64,000 nt of DNA from Podospora anserina (Eukaryota), in the NCBI GenBank assembly GCA_017654855.1, contig CM030334.1:434001-498000 (forward strand), written 5' to 3'. Below, one piece after another: positions 23,054 through 33,860 of the stretch (the stretch's first letter is position 1; each line of letters opens with the position of its first letter). A program made the translations under genes and the position numbers. The notes below the pieces were generated by a model. That model did no database searches, was not told where the DNA came from, and saw nothing but the letters and a program-made list of their open reading frames with translations.

Positions 23054-25746
23054 GGTTGTAGTGTAGGATTTGTGTTGTGCTGGCGGGTGTACTGGCTGTT
23101 TACTGTGGTGTGATACCTGTGGAGGATGCTTCAATGTTGTGGTTTTGGATTTGCGATGGTGCTGGAGATGGATCTTGTAAAGAAGAAATAGGGGTTCATG
23201 AAGACGGTGGGGTGTACCTTATGCCGCGACATGGTGACGTCGGTCTGGGGTGACGTCATTAATGGGCTGCTGGATTTGAGGCTCGACTTGTGCACCATCA
23301 AGAGCCGAGGGTGGTGGCTATTTCTGGCGTCTTGCTAGTTCAGCAAAATGGAGAGAAAACAATGCATGTGTAAAACAAGTTGAAGGAGATTCTTCCGAAA
23401 TGTCCTCACTGTGGGAAGAGGGAAGCATTGCTATCGTCCACTGAACTAGACACGAGAACCATTGCAATTACAATCGGTATCAATGTTTGTTTGTCAGCAG
23501 TTTCAATCTGCTATCTGGGCCTCCATTTGGGGCGAAGATGACCCTCGCGATGCAGAAGAGCCGTTGTAGTGTAAATAAGCCCCTGAGAGAATATCGGTTG
23601 CCCGGTTAGATCTGTTTAGTTTGGTAACCACCTTGATGTGCTATTTCACGTGAAGGGCACGTGCGTCTTTCCGTCAATGGTGGCAGACGGCACATGTGGA
23701 TACCGCTTGACCCTGCGGAAAGAAAGAGATCTTATCGGACACGCAGGGGGACTAGGTTGATATGCCCCGGATTTTGGCGAAGAGGAACAGCGTTTCGGCA
23801 GCAGGGGTCTTTTCCTGAGCCTTTTGAAGTTGAGTATGAGATGAGCCAAATGACGCCGCGAAGTGAAGTACCGTGCGGGCGAGTTGAAGCCTGCAGAATT
23901 GCGGTGAGACCTGCCTACTTTAGAGTTGCGGATGGTGCTCAGACTGGCGCAACATCGAAGCGGAACGTGGAAGGTGTTTAACCTGGCGTGGGGGGCGTTG
24001 ACATATCTGACCGACGTTGGACTTCAAGTGCATGAATATCCATCCTTCACAGTGTACCCGAGATAATCAGCCAGTTTTTGTCTGTAGCTTCTGTACGAAA
24101 CAACACCTGGTTCAAGCTGCAACAGCAAAGTAGCCACGGTCACCCACAACCATCCCTTAACCAACCAGGAGATCCTGGAAAGAGTCGAGGCAACGTCTGG
24201 GCATGACTGGTGATCTAATATTTATCCGCTCCTGGTTAAAAATATGAAGCCAAGTTTGGTCGAACCCGTGTCAACGACGGCACCGGAGCCTCTCCTCCAT
24301 CACTCTTTCTGTGTTACGGTGGCGAAGTACCTTAACAGAAGCGGCATGGCGGGGGCTGAGGACTGCTCCCGGGCGGCGTGAGATGATATTTTGCTGTTGA
24401 TAGGGCTTATCGTTGATATTGCGGCACCTGTAGAAGAAAAGGGGCCTGATATTGGCCATGAATCGCCAGTGGCCCATATGTTGAGCCAAACGACAGGCTT
24501 CCCCGCGATGAGGAGAGACACGCGGGTGAAGCAGGCTGGGATGTGCTGGAAGCATTGCTAGCTCCCATGAAACCATTGGGATGCATCAACGTGGTGCAGG
24601 CTCGCATATGCTGGCGCCAGCAGCGTTCTGCAGAAAGGGAGATGGATAGGTGAGAGGAAACTCAAACTTGAGACGTTACTGCCCCGCCCCTCGGTGGACA
24701 CCCCGAAAAAAGAGAAACCCCTCCAAGAGCCCACTCAGCACCCGCTCAACGCTCATGTTGCCACACAGTACCATGGCTACCGCAGTATTCCAACAAAGGC
24801 CATCTGATTTCAAGGCGCGCATTGTCAAACTCACGCAAGGGATCGTAGAAAAGGCAATTCAATAGCCTTTGATCAAAATGGGACGGCAGAGGGAGAGAGG
24901 CCCCAACAGCGGGTGAAGGTTTGGGACCTACTTGTTGGGGCTTGGAAGGAAACTTTTTTTTGCATAACGACCGCCTCACCGCCCTGGGAAGTGGGCCATT
25001 CTGGGATTAGCGCTCTCGCTGATAAAGCGATAAGCAGGGATCAGCGAGGACAAGCAGGGATGTGTCTGAGTCGGCAGCGGCTGGATGCACACCAATCATT
25101 GGGGGGGCAATTCTTGTGGACGACTGACGGGCAGGTGGCCGAGAGAGAGAAAGTGGTTGGCCCAGCAGCCCCCAGATGCTCCAGAGCCCCCTCCCCCAAC
25201 AAGGGCAAAGGCGAAAAAAAAAGTTTTCGGTGATGCCTACCCCTCCATCCCAATTCTGTGCCTCCCTGTGGGTCCGGCGGCGGCGTGTGTGTGTCGCAAA
25301 GCGCTGTGTGGTGTCCAGTGTGCCAGTGCAAAAGTGAATCAATCTGTCCTGGGCCGAAGGCAAAGCCTGGCTTGCACTCTTTAAATATTTCCCCCACCGC
25401 CCTCCCACACCCACAAGTTTTTCTTTCTGCCACCTCCAGGTCTCTCCTCAGCTTTCTTTCTTTTTCGTTTGGACTGCCAGCTCTCCACTCAGTCTTTACA
25501 TATTCTTGCGACTTCTCTCTAGAAGAGCCAGAATAGAGTAGACGTCTTCGACCCTCCATCGAGATATCTACGGGCTCGCCTATCGTCGCCGTCGGTCACT
25601 TGCCTTTTCGCAGGATACCCCCGAATAGACTACCTCCCCCTCCCAGCAACATTGTTTAGACGGCGGGATTAGATTCCTTAGACGTCTTCTCTAGTCTCCA
25701 CGACATTTTTTCGACGTTTCGATCAAATCACACAAAACCCGATAAA

Positions 25747-28700
25747 ATGGCTCCCTCCGAGAACGCCGCCAGCATCAAGGTGCTCGATGAGCTCATGCAG
25801 AAGCTCACCATCTCCAAGGAGGCTGATCAGATCAAGGAGGCTTCGGCCGCCCTTGCTTCCTTCATCAACGGTCGCATCGAGGACCTTGATACCCCCACCA
25901 AGTAAGTTTTTTTGTGTTGGGCCCCGCTCCCCTGTTCGCGATAACCCCTCGCCAAGCCCAAACCCAAGCCTAGTCCAGCCCCTCCTTGACAGCAGCAGCA
26001 GCGCGGCATATCGGGCATATCGTGGCCTCTTGTTTCTTTGTGTGCGTGCGAGCGACACAAAGAGACACATTGGCCGGGCTCGCTGCCTGTCGCAGACCGC
26101 CTCGACAGGAGGTTGTCGTGCCGTGCTGCGCTGTCAAACCAGGGTGCGGCTTTTAGCTGCAGGGACCAGTTTGGTGGGAAAAAATTTTCAGATGGCATTT
26201 CGAGCGTCGCACCAGAATTTGGAGAATTGGAGGCTGACATGTGAACCCCTCATTTTCGCAGGACCGTCGAGGCTCTCAAGAAGCAGCTCGCCAACAAGAA
26301 GGATGCCACCGTCCGCGAGAAGGCCCTCCTTGCCATCCAGGCTATTGCCCAGCACTCCGAGGTCTCTTCTGCCGTTGAGCCCTACCTCGTTGCTCTTCTC
26401 CCCAGCGTCCTGGCTGGCGCTGGTGACAAGATCACCGCTGTGAAGAATGCCGCTTTCGCTGCTGCTCTGGCCATCGCCGAGGCCATTAACCCTAACGCTG
26501 TCAAGGCCGTTCTCCCCGCCTTGATCGACTCCCTCCGCAATGCCCAGAAGTGGCCCGAGAAGATGCTTGTCCTCGACTTCATCGATGTCCTCATCAAGAC
26601 TGCCCCCGCCCAGACTGGTCTCCGTGTCCCCGACTTGATCCCCGTCATTTCCGAGGCCATGTGGGACACCAAGAAGGAGGTCAAGGACCGTGCCTACAAG
26701 ACCATGGAGCAGCTCTGCCAGCTTATTGTCAACCGCGATATCGAGCGCTTCATTCCCGAGCTCATCAAGTGTATCGCCAAGCCCGAGAACGTCCCCGAGA
26801 CTGTTCACTTGCTCGGTGCCACCACCTTCGTCACTGAGGTCCAGGAGCCCACTCTTGCCCTCATGGTTCCCCTTCTTGATCGTGGTCTTGCCGAGCGCGA
26901 CACCGCCATCAAGCGCAAGTCGGCCGTCATTGTCGACAACATGTGCAAGCTCGTCGACGACCCCAACATTGTCGCTCCTTTCTTGCCCAAGATGATGCCC
27001 GGTCTCCAGAAGAACTACGAGAACTTGGCTGATCCCGAGGCTCGTGAGAAGACCAAGCAGGCTCTTGACACCATCATCCGCGTCGGTAACGTCGTTGACG
27101 GCAAGATCCCCGAGGTCCGCAACCACGGTGATATCAAGACCATCCTTAGCCACTTCAAGGAGGTCCTCCCCGCCAAGCACGCTTCTGCTCTTGAGAAGTT
27201 CGCCCCCGTCCTCGAGTACGCCGCCGCTGTTGCTGGCCAGCTCGTCGACGAGAAGGAGACCGAGTCCGCCGTCTGGGCTGAGGCTGTCAAGCCCTACGTC
27301 GCTGTTGTCGTTGGTGATGACGAGGCTCAGTCCATCACTGACGCTCTCCGTAAGCGCGCCAACCCCGACCTCGCCGAGGGCGATGACGGTGAGGAGGACG
27401 ACGAGGAGGGTGAGGATCTGTGCAACTGCACCTTCTCGCTCGCCTACGGTGCCAAGATCCTTCTCAACCAGACCCATCTCCGCCTCAAGCGCGGCCAGCG
27501 CTACGGTCTGTGCGGTCCCAACGGTTCCGGAAAGTCCACCCTCATGCGCGCCATCAACAACGAGCAGGTCGAGGGCTTCCCCAAGCAGTCCGAGGTCAAG
27601 ACCGTGTTCGTCGAGCACGACTTGGACTCTGCCGATACCGAGATGACCACCATCGACTGGACCATGAAGAAGCTTGCCGAGGCCGGCGTCGACGTCAGCC
27701 AGGCTGAGGTCGAGAAGCGTCTCGGCGAGTTCGGCTTCTCCGAGGACATGATCAAGAACGAGATCACTGCCCTCTCCGGTGGTTGGAAGATGAAGCTGGC
27801 CTTGTGCCGTGCCGTCTTCGAGGCTCCCGATATTCTCCTGCTCGACGAGCCCACTAACCATCTCGATGTGAAGAACGTGAAGTGGCTCGAGGACTACCTC
27901 ATCAACTCCCCTTGCACCTCCATCATCGTCTCTCACGACAGTGGTTTCCTCGACAACGTGTGCCAGCACATCGTCCACTACGAGCGCTTCAAGCTTAAGC
28001 GCTACAGAGGCAACCTCGCTGAGTTTGTCAAGAAGCACCCCGCTGCCAAGTCCTACTACGAGCTCGGTGCCTCCGACATGGAGTTCTCCTTCCCCGAGCC
28101 CGGTTTCCTCGAGGGCGTCAAGACCAAGGCCAAGGCCATTCTCCGTGCCACCAAGATGTCCTTCCAGTACCCTGGCACCGCCAAGCCCCAGATTTCCGAC
28201 ATCTCCTTCCAGTGCTCGCTCGGTTCCCGTATTGCCGTCATTGGTCCCAACGGTGCCGGCAAGTCCACCCTCATCAACGTGCTCACTGGTGAGCTCATCC
28301 CCACCGCCGGTGAGATCTACCAGCACGAGAACATCCGTATCGCCTACATCAAGCAGCACGCTTTCGCCCACATCGATAACCATCTCGACAGCACTCCCTC
28401 CGAGTACATCCAGTGGCGTTTCCAGACTGGTGAGGATCGTGAGACCATGGATCGTGCCAACAAGATCATCACCGAGGCTGATGAGGAGGCCATGAACAAG
28501 GTCTTCAAGGTCGAGGGCACCATGCGCCGTGTCATTGGCATCAACTCCCGCAGAAAGTTCAAGAACTCGTACGAGTACGAGTGCTCTTTCGCTCTCGGCG
28601 AGAACATTGGCATGAAGAACGAGCGCTGGGTTCCCATGATGACTGCCGACAACGCTTGGTTGCCCCGCTCCGAGCTCCTCGCCTCCCATCAGAAGATGGT

Positions 28701-29339
28701 TGCCGATGTCGATATGAAGGAGGCCCTTGCCTCCGGTCAGTTCCGTCCCCTCGTGCGCAAGGAGATCGAGGCTCACTGCGCCAACTTCGGTCTCGATGCC
28801 GAGCTTGTCTCTCACTCCCGCATGCGCGGTCTCTCCGGTGGTCAGCGTGTCAAGGTCGTCCTTGCCGCCTGCTCGTGGCAGCGTCCCCATCTCATCGTTC
28901 TTGATGAGCCTACCAACTACCTCGATCGTGACTCTCTCGGTGCCTTGTCCAAGGCCCTCAAGAAGTTCGAGGGTGGTGTCATCATCATTACCCACTCTGC
29001 CGAGTTCACCAAGGATATCACTGAGGAGGTGTGGGCTGTCATGGACGGCAAGATGACTCCTTCCGGCCACAACTGGGTGCAGGGCCAGGGCTCTGGTCCC
29101 CGCCTCAAGGGGGATGACGGCGAGGAGGAGGAGAAGTTCGATGCCATGGGCAACAAGATTGTTAGCACCAAGAAGAAGGCCAAGCTTACCAGCTCCGAGG
29201 CCCGCAAGAAGAAGAAGGAGCGCATGGCTCGCCGCAAGCGTGGTGAGGAGGTATGTCTCTTCCCCTTTCCATCTACTGCTCTACCAAGACAGCAGTTTGC
29301 TAACTCTTTCGACAGGTCTTCAGCGACGAGGACGAGTAA
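25747..29339 (+). CDS. YEF3: Translation elongation factor 3 (eEF3), 3 exons
   Basis: HEAT region, two ABC cassettes ([43 protein letters not shown]), chromodomain insert, basic tail; introns 25902-26261 and 29251-29315; strong codon bias. Confidence 0.98.
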
Positions 29340-30612
29340 ACGTCACGCGCTCGACATCTTTTCAGCATGAGTTAAGCGTTACGAACAGGTTCACAAAAGT
29401 TGCTTTTTCACATTCTGGGTTCGGGTTGCATGGGTGGTCTGGCCTCACTGGGTTTCTGTCTTTTATGTCCTGTCATGATCATAATTTCTCTTTTAGCCCG
29501 TTACTGTATCTATGCCTGGCAGCATTGGGGGGCATGATCTTCCAAGGACTGGAGACCCTTGGATGCATGGTTGTGTTTTCTAGATGCCGGACAGGAGGGA
29601 GAGATACCAAAACGAAGGGGTGGAGAGTTTGTCTCACGAATAGAGAGCAATATAGATCTTTAGATACGCCTGTGTGTCCATGTTGTGTGTTTATTGTGCT
29701 TGTCAGTTGGGGTGTTGACTTGATGTGTCTTGACTTGGTTGGGCGAGGGTTGAATGGTTGTCTGCAAAGGGTAACTGATTTGCACTTTATACAGTCGACA
29801 ATCGGGGGCTGAATAACGTGCTTTTGGCGTTTTGAGGCACAGCCGGGAAGCCTTGGTACAACCCCACGATCACGACATCTCAGATCTTGTTCCTGAAAAT
29901 CTGGAGGCGTTGTTTGAGCATGGATATGGACCCCGTCCAGCAGAAAAGCTTGATTAGGATCGGTCCGGCAGCTGAGCGATCGGCGCGCACGATCTAGGCC
30001 GGCATTTCCCCTTTTGCTCCTGATGATGCTTTTTTGGGCCTCCTTTCCGTATGAGCTGTCTGCAGACTGCAGAGACTATCGATAGTGCGTCAACTGTTCG
30101 GTCTGCTTACCGGCCACTGCCGGCCCATCCATGTCGACGATCAGCTTGGTCATCCCCTGACAATCTTTCTGTCCTTCTGAGACATGCAGCCATCTAGAGA
30201 GCACGTTCTCAGCCAGACTTAGCCGGCAGACGACGATCCGACCAAGATGTGGTTCGTGCACTTGTTGACACGGATGATCTTGCACCTTTTTCTTCTCAAG
30301 AGGCTGTCATTGAACCCAACTTGGTCCAACAACTTGGGTTGGCATCGTGGGGGTGAAGAGCTTCAATGGCCGTGTTGGTTGGTATCATCACTCAGAAGTG
30401 TGAATGGCATCATCTTTTTCATCGAGCACGACAGGAAAGGCGGCGGGTGGTGATGGCTAACAGAACCCATCAAGGAGGAAGCGATGGGCAGGATGGCGAT
30501 GTGTATAAGTAGAAGAACAATCAACTTAAACTTCTCAACAATCTCATCAGATCACCATCGTCACTCCTCTCTTCAGTATTCTTACCATCTTCGAAACAGC
30601 ATCAGCACCACA

Positions 30613-32182
30613 ATGCAAGGTCTCCTCGGCTTCGCCCTCTTGGGAAGCTTCGTCTCCTACCTTCAAGGAGCGGCTGCCAGTCCAGCAACTGCCGGTGGCA
30701 CGGAGAAGAGGAACCCTCTCGGTCTCAGTCTACCCCCTTTGATTCCCTCCATCCCGGGAGTCACTGAGCCCCTGGCTTCCAATGCACCCCCTCTGCCTAT
30801 CCTGCAGGTTCCTACGCCCCCCTTGGCCAGTCCTCCGTTTACTGCCTCCAACATCAAGCCCAAGAAGATTGGTTACTTCTGGACTGGTGCTGGTGACAAC
30901 TTGCACAAGGACTTCCTGGCGACAGTCAGCTTGGATGATGTATGCTCTCCCCTATTAGTGGTAAAGTCTGGTTGCTGACCGCTAACAAGGACACCTTTGG
31001 CACATTCATCCAACTCACCGATGTTCCCACCAGCGGTAATTCTCCTCATCATCTTGGAGCGTCTTATGACGGCAAGACCTTGATTGGCGGCGGTCTCTTG
31101 TCTTTGCTCAAGACTCAGGATACTGCCTTTTACTTTGACGTCTCGGACCCGTACCGCCCCAAGTTTGACCACAGCAACCGTGCCATCTTGTCGTCTATTG
31201 TCGATGAGATTCGAGCCAAGCCTGATGGGTATGTTCTTTCTTCATCGTCCGACTGTCTTCTCTTGCCTACTAATCTTGTTGTGTGCGCCACAGAGGCTTC
31301 TACATCACCTACATGGGCTCTGCAGTGGGCACCTCCCCCGGCCGCCTCGTCGAGACCGACGCCCGCGGCAACATCATCCACGAGTGGCCTGAAGTCACCG
31401 ACATCCCCTCCACCCTCAACATCCTCGGCCAGCAGTTCTCCCCCCACGGCCTCACCGTCGACTACGACAAGCAAATCGCCCTCACCTCCGACTTTGTCGT
31501 CCCCATCACCATCCTCAAGCCCACCCTCGGTATACAAAAGGCCGACACCCTCCGCCTCTTTGACCTTCGCACCCACAAGATCCTGTCGACAATCACCATC
31601 CCAGGCGGTCAGGGCATCCAGGACGTCAAATTCATCCCCAATCACCCCGAGACGGCCGCGCTCGCCACCGCCGTCGGCCTCGGCCAAGTCTGGGTCATCT
31701 ACCCCTTCCGCACCAAAAACGGCAAGCAAGGCACCGCCGAGCTCCTCTTCGACTTTGGCCCCAAGGCCAAAAACTCATTGGCCATCTACTCGGACATCTC
31801 CGACGACGGCAAACTAGCCTACTTCACCTTCACCCTCGGCAACCACGTTGCGGCGCTCGATATCTCTGATCTGAGCAACCCTGTGAGGCTGGACGACCCG
31901 AACGAGACCCAGCCCATCATCGGCCCTCACTACGTCAAGATCAGCCCGGATAAGAAGAACTTGTTGGTCCTTGGGTATTTTGTCCAGGCGGGGGACATCT
32001 CGGTTGTCAACACGCCTGGTGATTACAAGGCTCACTGGTTGGATCTGGACGCGAACGGCAAGTTTAGCTGGAACAAGACGATTGATTTCGAGAGGGAGTT
32101 TGCGACCACGAGGGGGGGTGCGAGGCCGCATAGTGTGGTTATTTATGACTTGAGCGATCCGACTGATCCAAAGTATTATTGA
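30613..32182 (+). CDS. Secreted SBP56/methanethiol-oxidase-like beta-propeller protein
   Basis: Signal peptide plus EKR site; DFLATVSLD, VPTSGNSPHH, FSPHGL, TSDFV, GPHYVKISPD, GGARPHSV; introns ~30940-30989 and ~31229-31294. Confidence 0.7.
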
Positions 32183-32492
32183 GTGGCGGAGAGGGGGGAT
32201 AGGGGTGAGGAAGGGGGGTGGTTTTGAGGGGGTTGGTTGGTCATTCGCTTCTCAGGGTTGGGAGGGCGTTCACCTGTTTTTAATGCTTGTTGTCTCTTTG
32301 GATTGTTGGATGGCTTTTGTTCTTGATGAGGATAGTTAGTTGAAGTGGTACAGATAGTAATGGTAGTTTTTCCTTGTTTGCTACAACGCCTTGATTTCCC
32401 GCTGATACCCTTTTTGACCCTTCAACTTTCAAATTTGAATCAACCAAGATATATACTTTCCCCCCCTTTCTCCCACCCCCTTTTTAACCCCC

Positions 32493-33382
32493 TCATGGAA
32501 GAACAATGCGCACATCCTCCGCTTTCAAGACCCCATCAACAATCAACTCAGCCACAGTCTTTGGCAGCTCAAACTGCACCCCATTTCCAGGCTGCCCAAA
32601 CCACGGCCTGATCGGACCAGACCGGACGACAAAGGGGACGAGAACCGAGTAGACGTGGTAGTTGTATGAAACCCTGTTTGACACATCATCAGCCAATCTC
32701 TTCTCAACCAACTCATTTTCGAGAAAACATACCCAGTATCAGCCGGAGTATTCAAGTTCGTCGGCGGCAGCGCCCTCTCTGTCAAATCCAAATCAGCTTT
32801 TTCACCCCCCCTCACAGTGGTAGGTATTCAATCAACCCCCACAGAATAAACAAACTCACGTTGATAACCGGCCCCAGCAGGGCTGACAAACGTCCCCGTC
32901 TCCCCGCCAAACCGATCGAGCAGCGTCCCCCTCCCGAGCGTGACCTCCCCCACAATCGGCAGGCCGCTCTCCCCAAGGACGAACCCGTTCTCCTCGGGGT
33001 ACCACCACCACCCAGTACCGGTGACGTTGAACCAGGTGTCAAGAAAGACACCAGGGCACAGGCCGCCGAACCGGTCGTAAAACTCGGTGATGGAGTCCAA
33101 CGGCTCACGCCTGGGGAGGCGGGTAGGGCCGAGGCGGGAGTCGCCGCAGAGGTACTTGTTGGTTTGGGAGGGGTTGTAGGCGGTTCCTTTGCAGTAACGG
33201 GGGCCGTTCAGTTTTCCGCAGGTCGAGGAGGAAGAAGACGAGCCGCGACCTCCTTGGTGCCAGTGGGGTGGGAGGGCAATGTCAGCGGCCGCGGCGACAT
33301 CGGCGTTGGCAGCCTCCTCGGGGACAGGCAGGGGGTTGGCAAAAACCAAGGGAAGGGCAGCGAGGAGGAGTTGGCGGATCAT
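32493..33382 (-). CDS. Secreted TNT (DUF4237) domain NAD+ glycohydrolase-like protein, 3 exons
   Basis: Signal peptide MIRQLLLAALPLVFA; CGDSRLGP, YDRFGGLCPG, LLDRFGGETGTFVSP, QRALPP, YHVYSV, GPIRPWFGQPGNGVQF. Confidence 0.88.
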
Positions 33383-33860
33383 GATGGGCAACTGAAGGGG
33401 AAGGGGAAGGGGAAGGGGGGGAAGTCAAAAAGAGTGGACAGGGGTGGGACAATGGTGAGTGACCTGGTGTTCAACATCGTGAGAGGGGACGACGGGAAGG
33501 CCATTTTATATCCGTGTTTCCCCAATCACTCAGCTGTGAGATGTTCACCGTGTGTTCCCAAAATCAGACTCGGCTGCCACGGAGGGGAAAAAAGAAGCGG
33601 TCGGTGATTTGGATCACCGTGACACGAGAACAGCATGCCGGAAATGTAGATTTTGCGGGCCTCCAGGGTCCAGAGACTGAGACATTCTTCGAGTTAGACT
33701 TTGAAGATCCTCGATAGATCTATGGAACGCGTCTTGGCATGTGCCGCATCGCGTTCTCAGACAGGAGTTCGGAGTAAATGCTATGAATTAATGCTACACT
33801 AATTCATACAGGGAATGATTGAAATTCAGCATGCTCCGGACCACACGCGTCTTACCTGCC

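Noticed and set aside
26188..29070. 960-aa antisense ORF over eEF3
   Set aside because: It is in register with the sense codons; strong codon bias (avoidance of TTA, CTA, TCA) removes antisense stops. No domain recognisable.
17334..33382. Macrodomain plus TNT NADase as a toxin-antitoxin pair
   Set aside because: 14 kb apart with unrelated genes between; the macrodomain looks like an ordinary MacroD and has no signal peptide.
33394..33424. (GAAGGG)n G-run upstream of the TNT gene, G-quadruplex-like
   Set aside because: Such pyrimidine/purine tracts are common in 5' regions here; nothing specific.
32666..33607. 313-aa + strand ORF
   Set aside because: Shadow of the TNT gene and its introns; no motifs.
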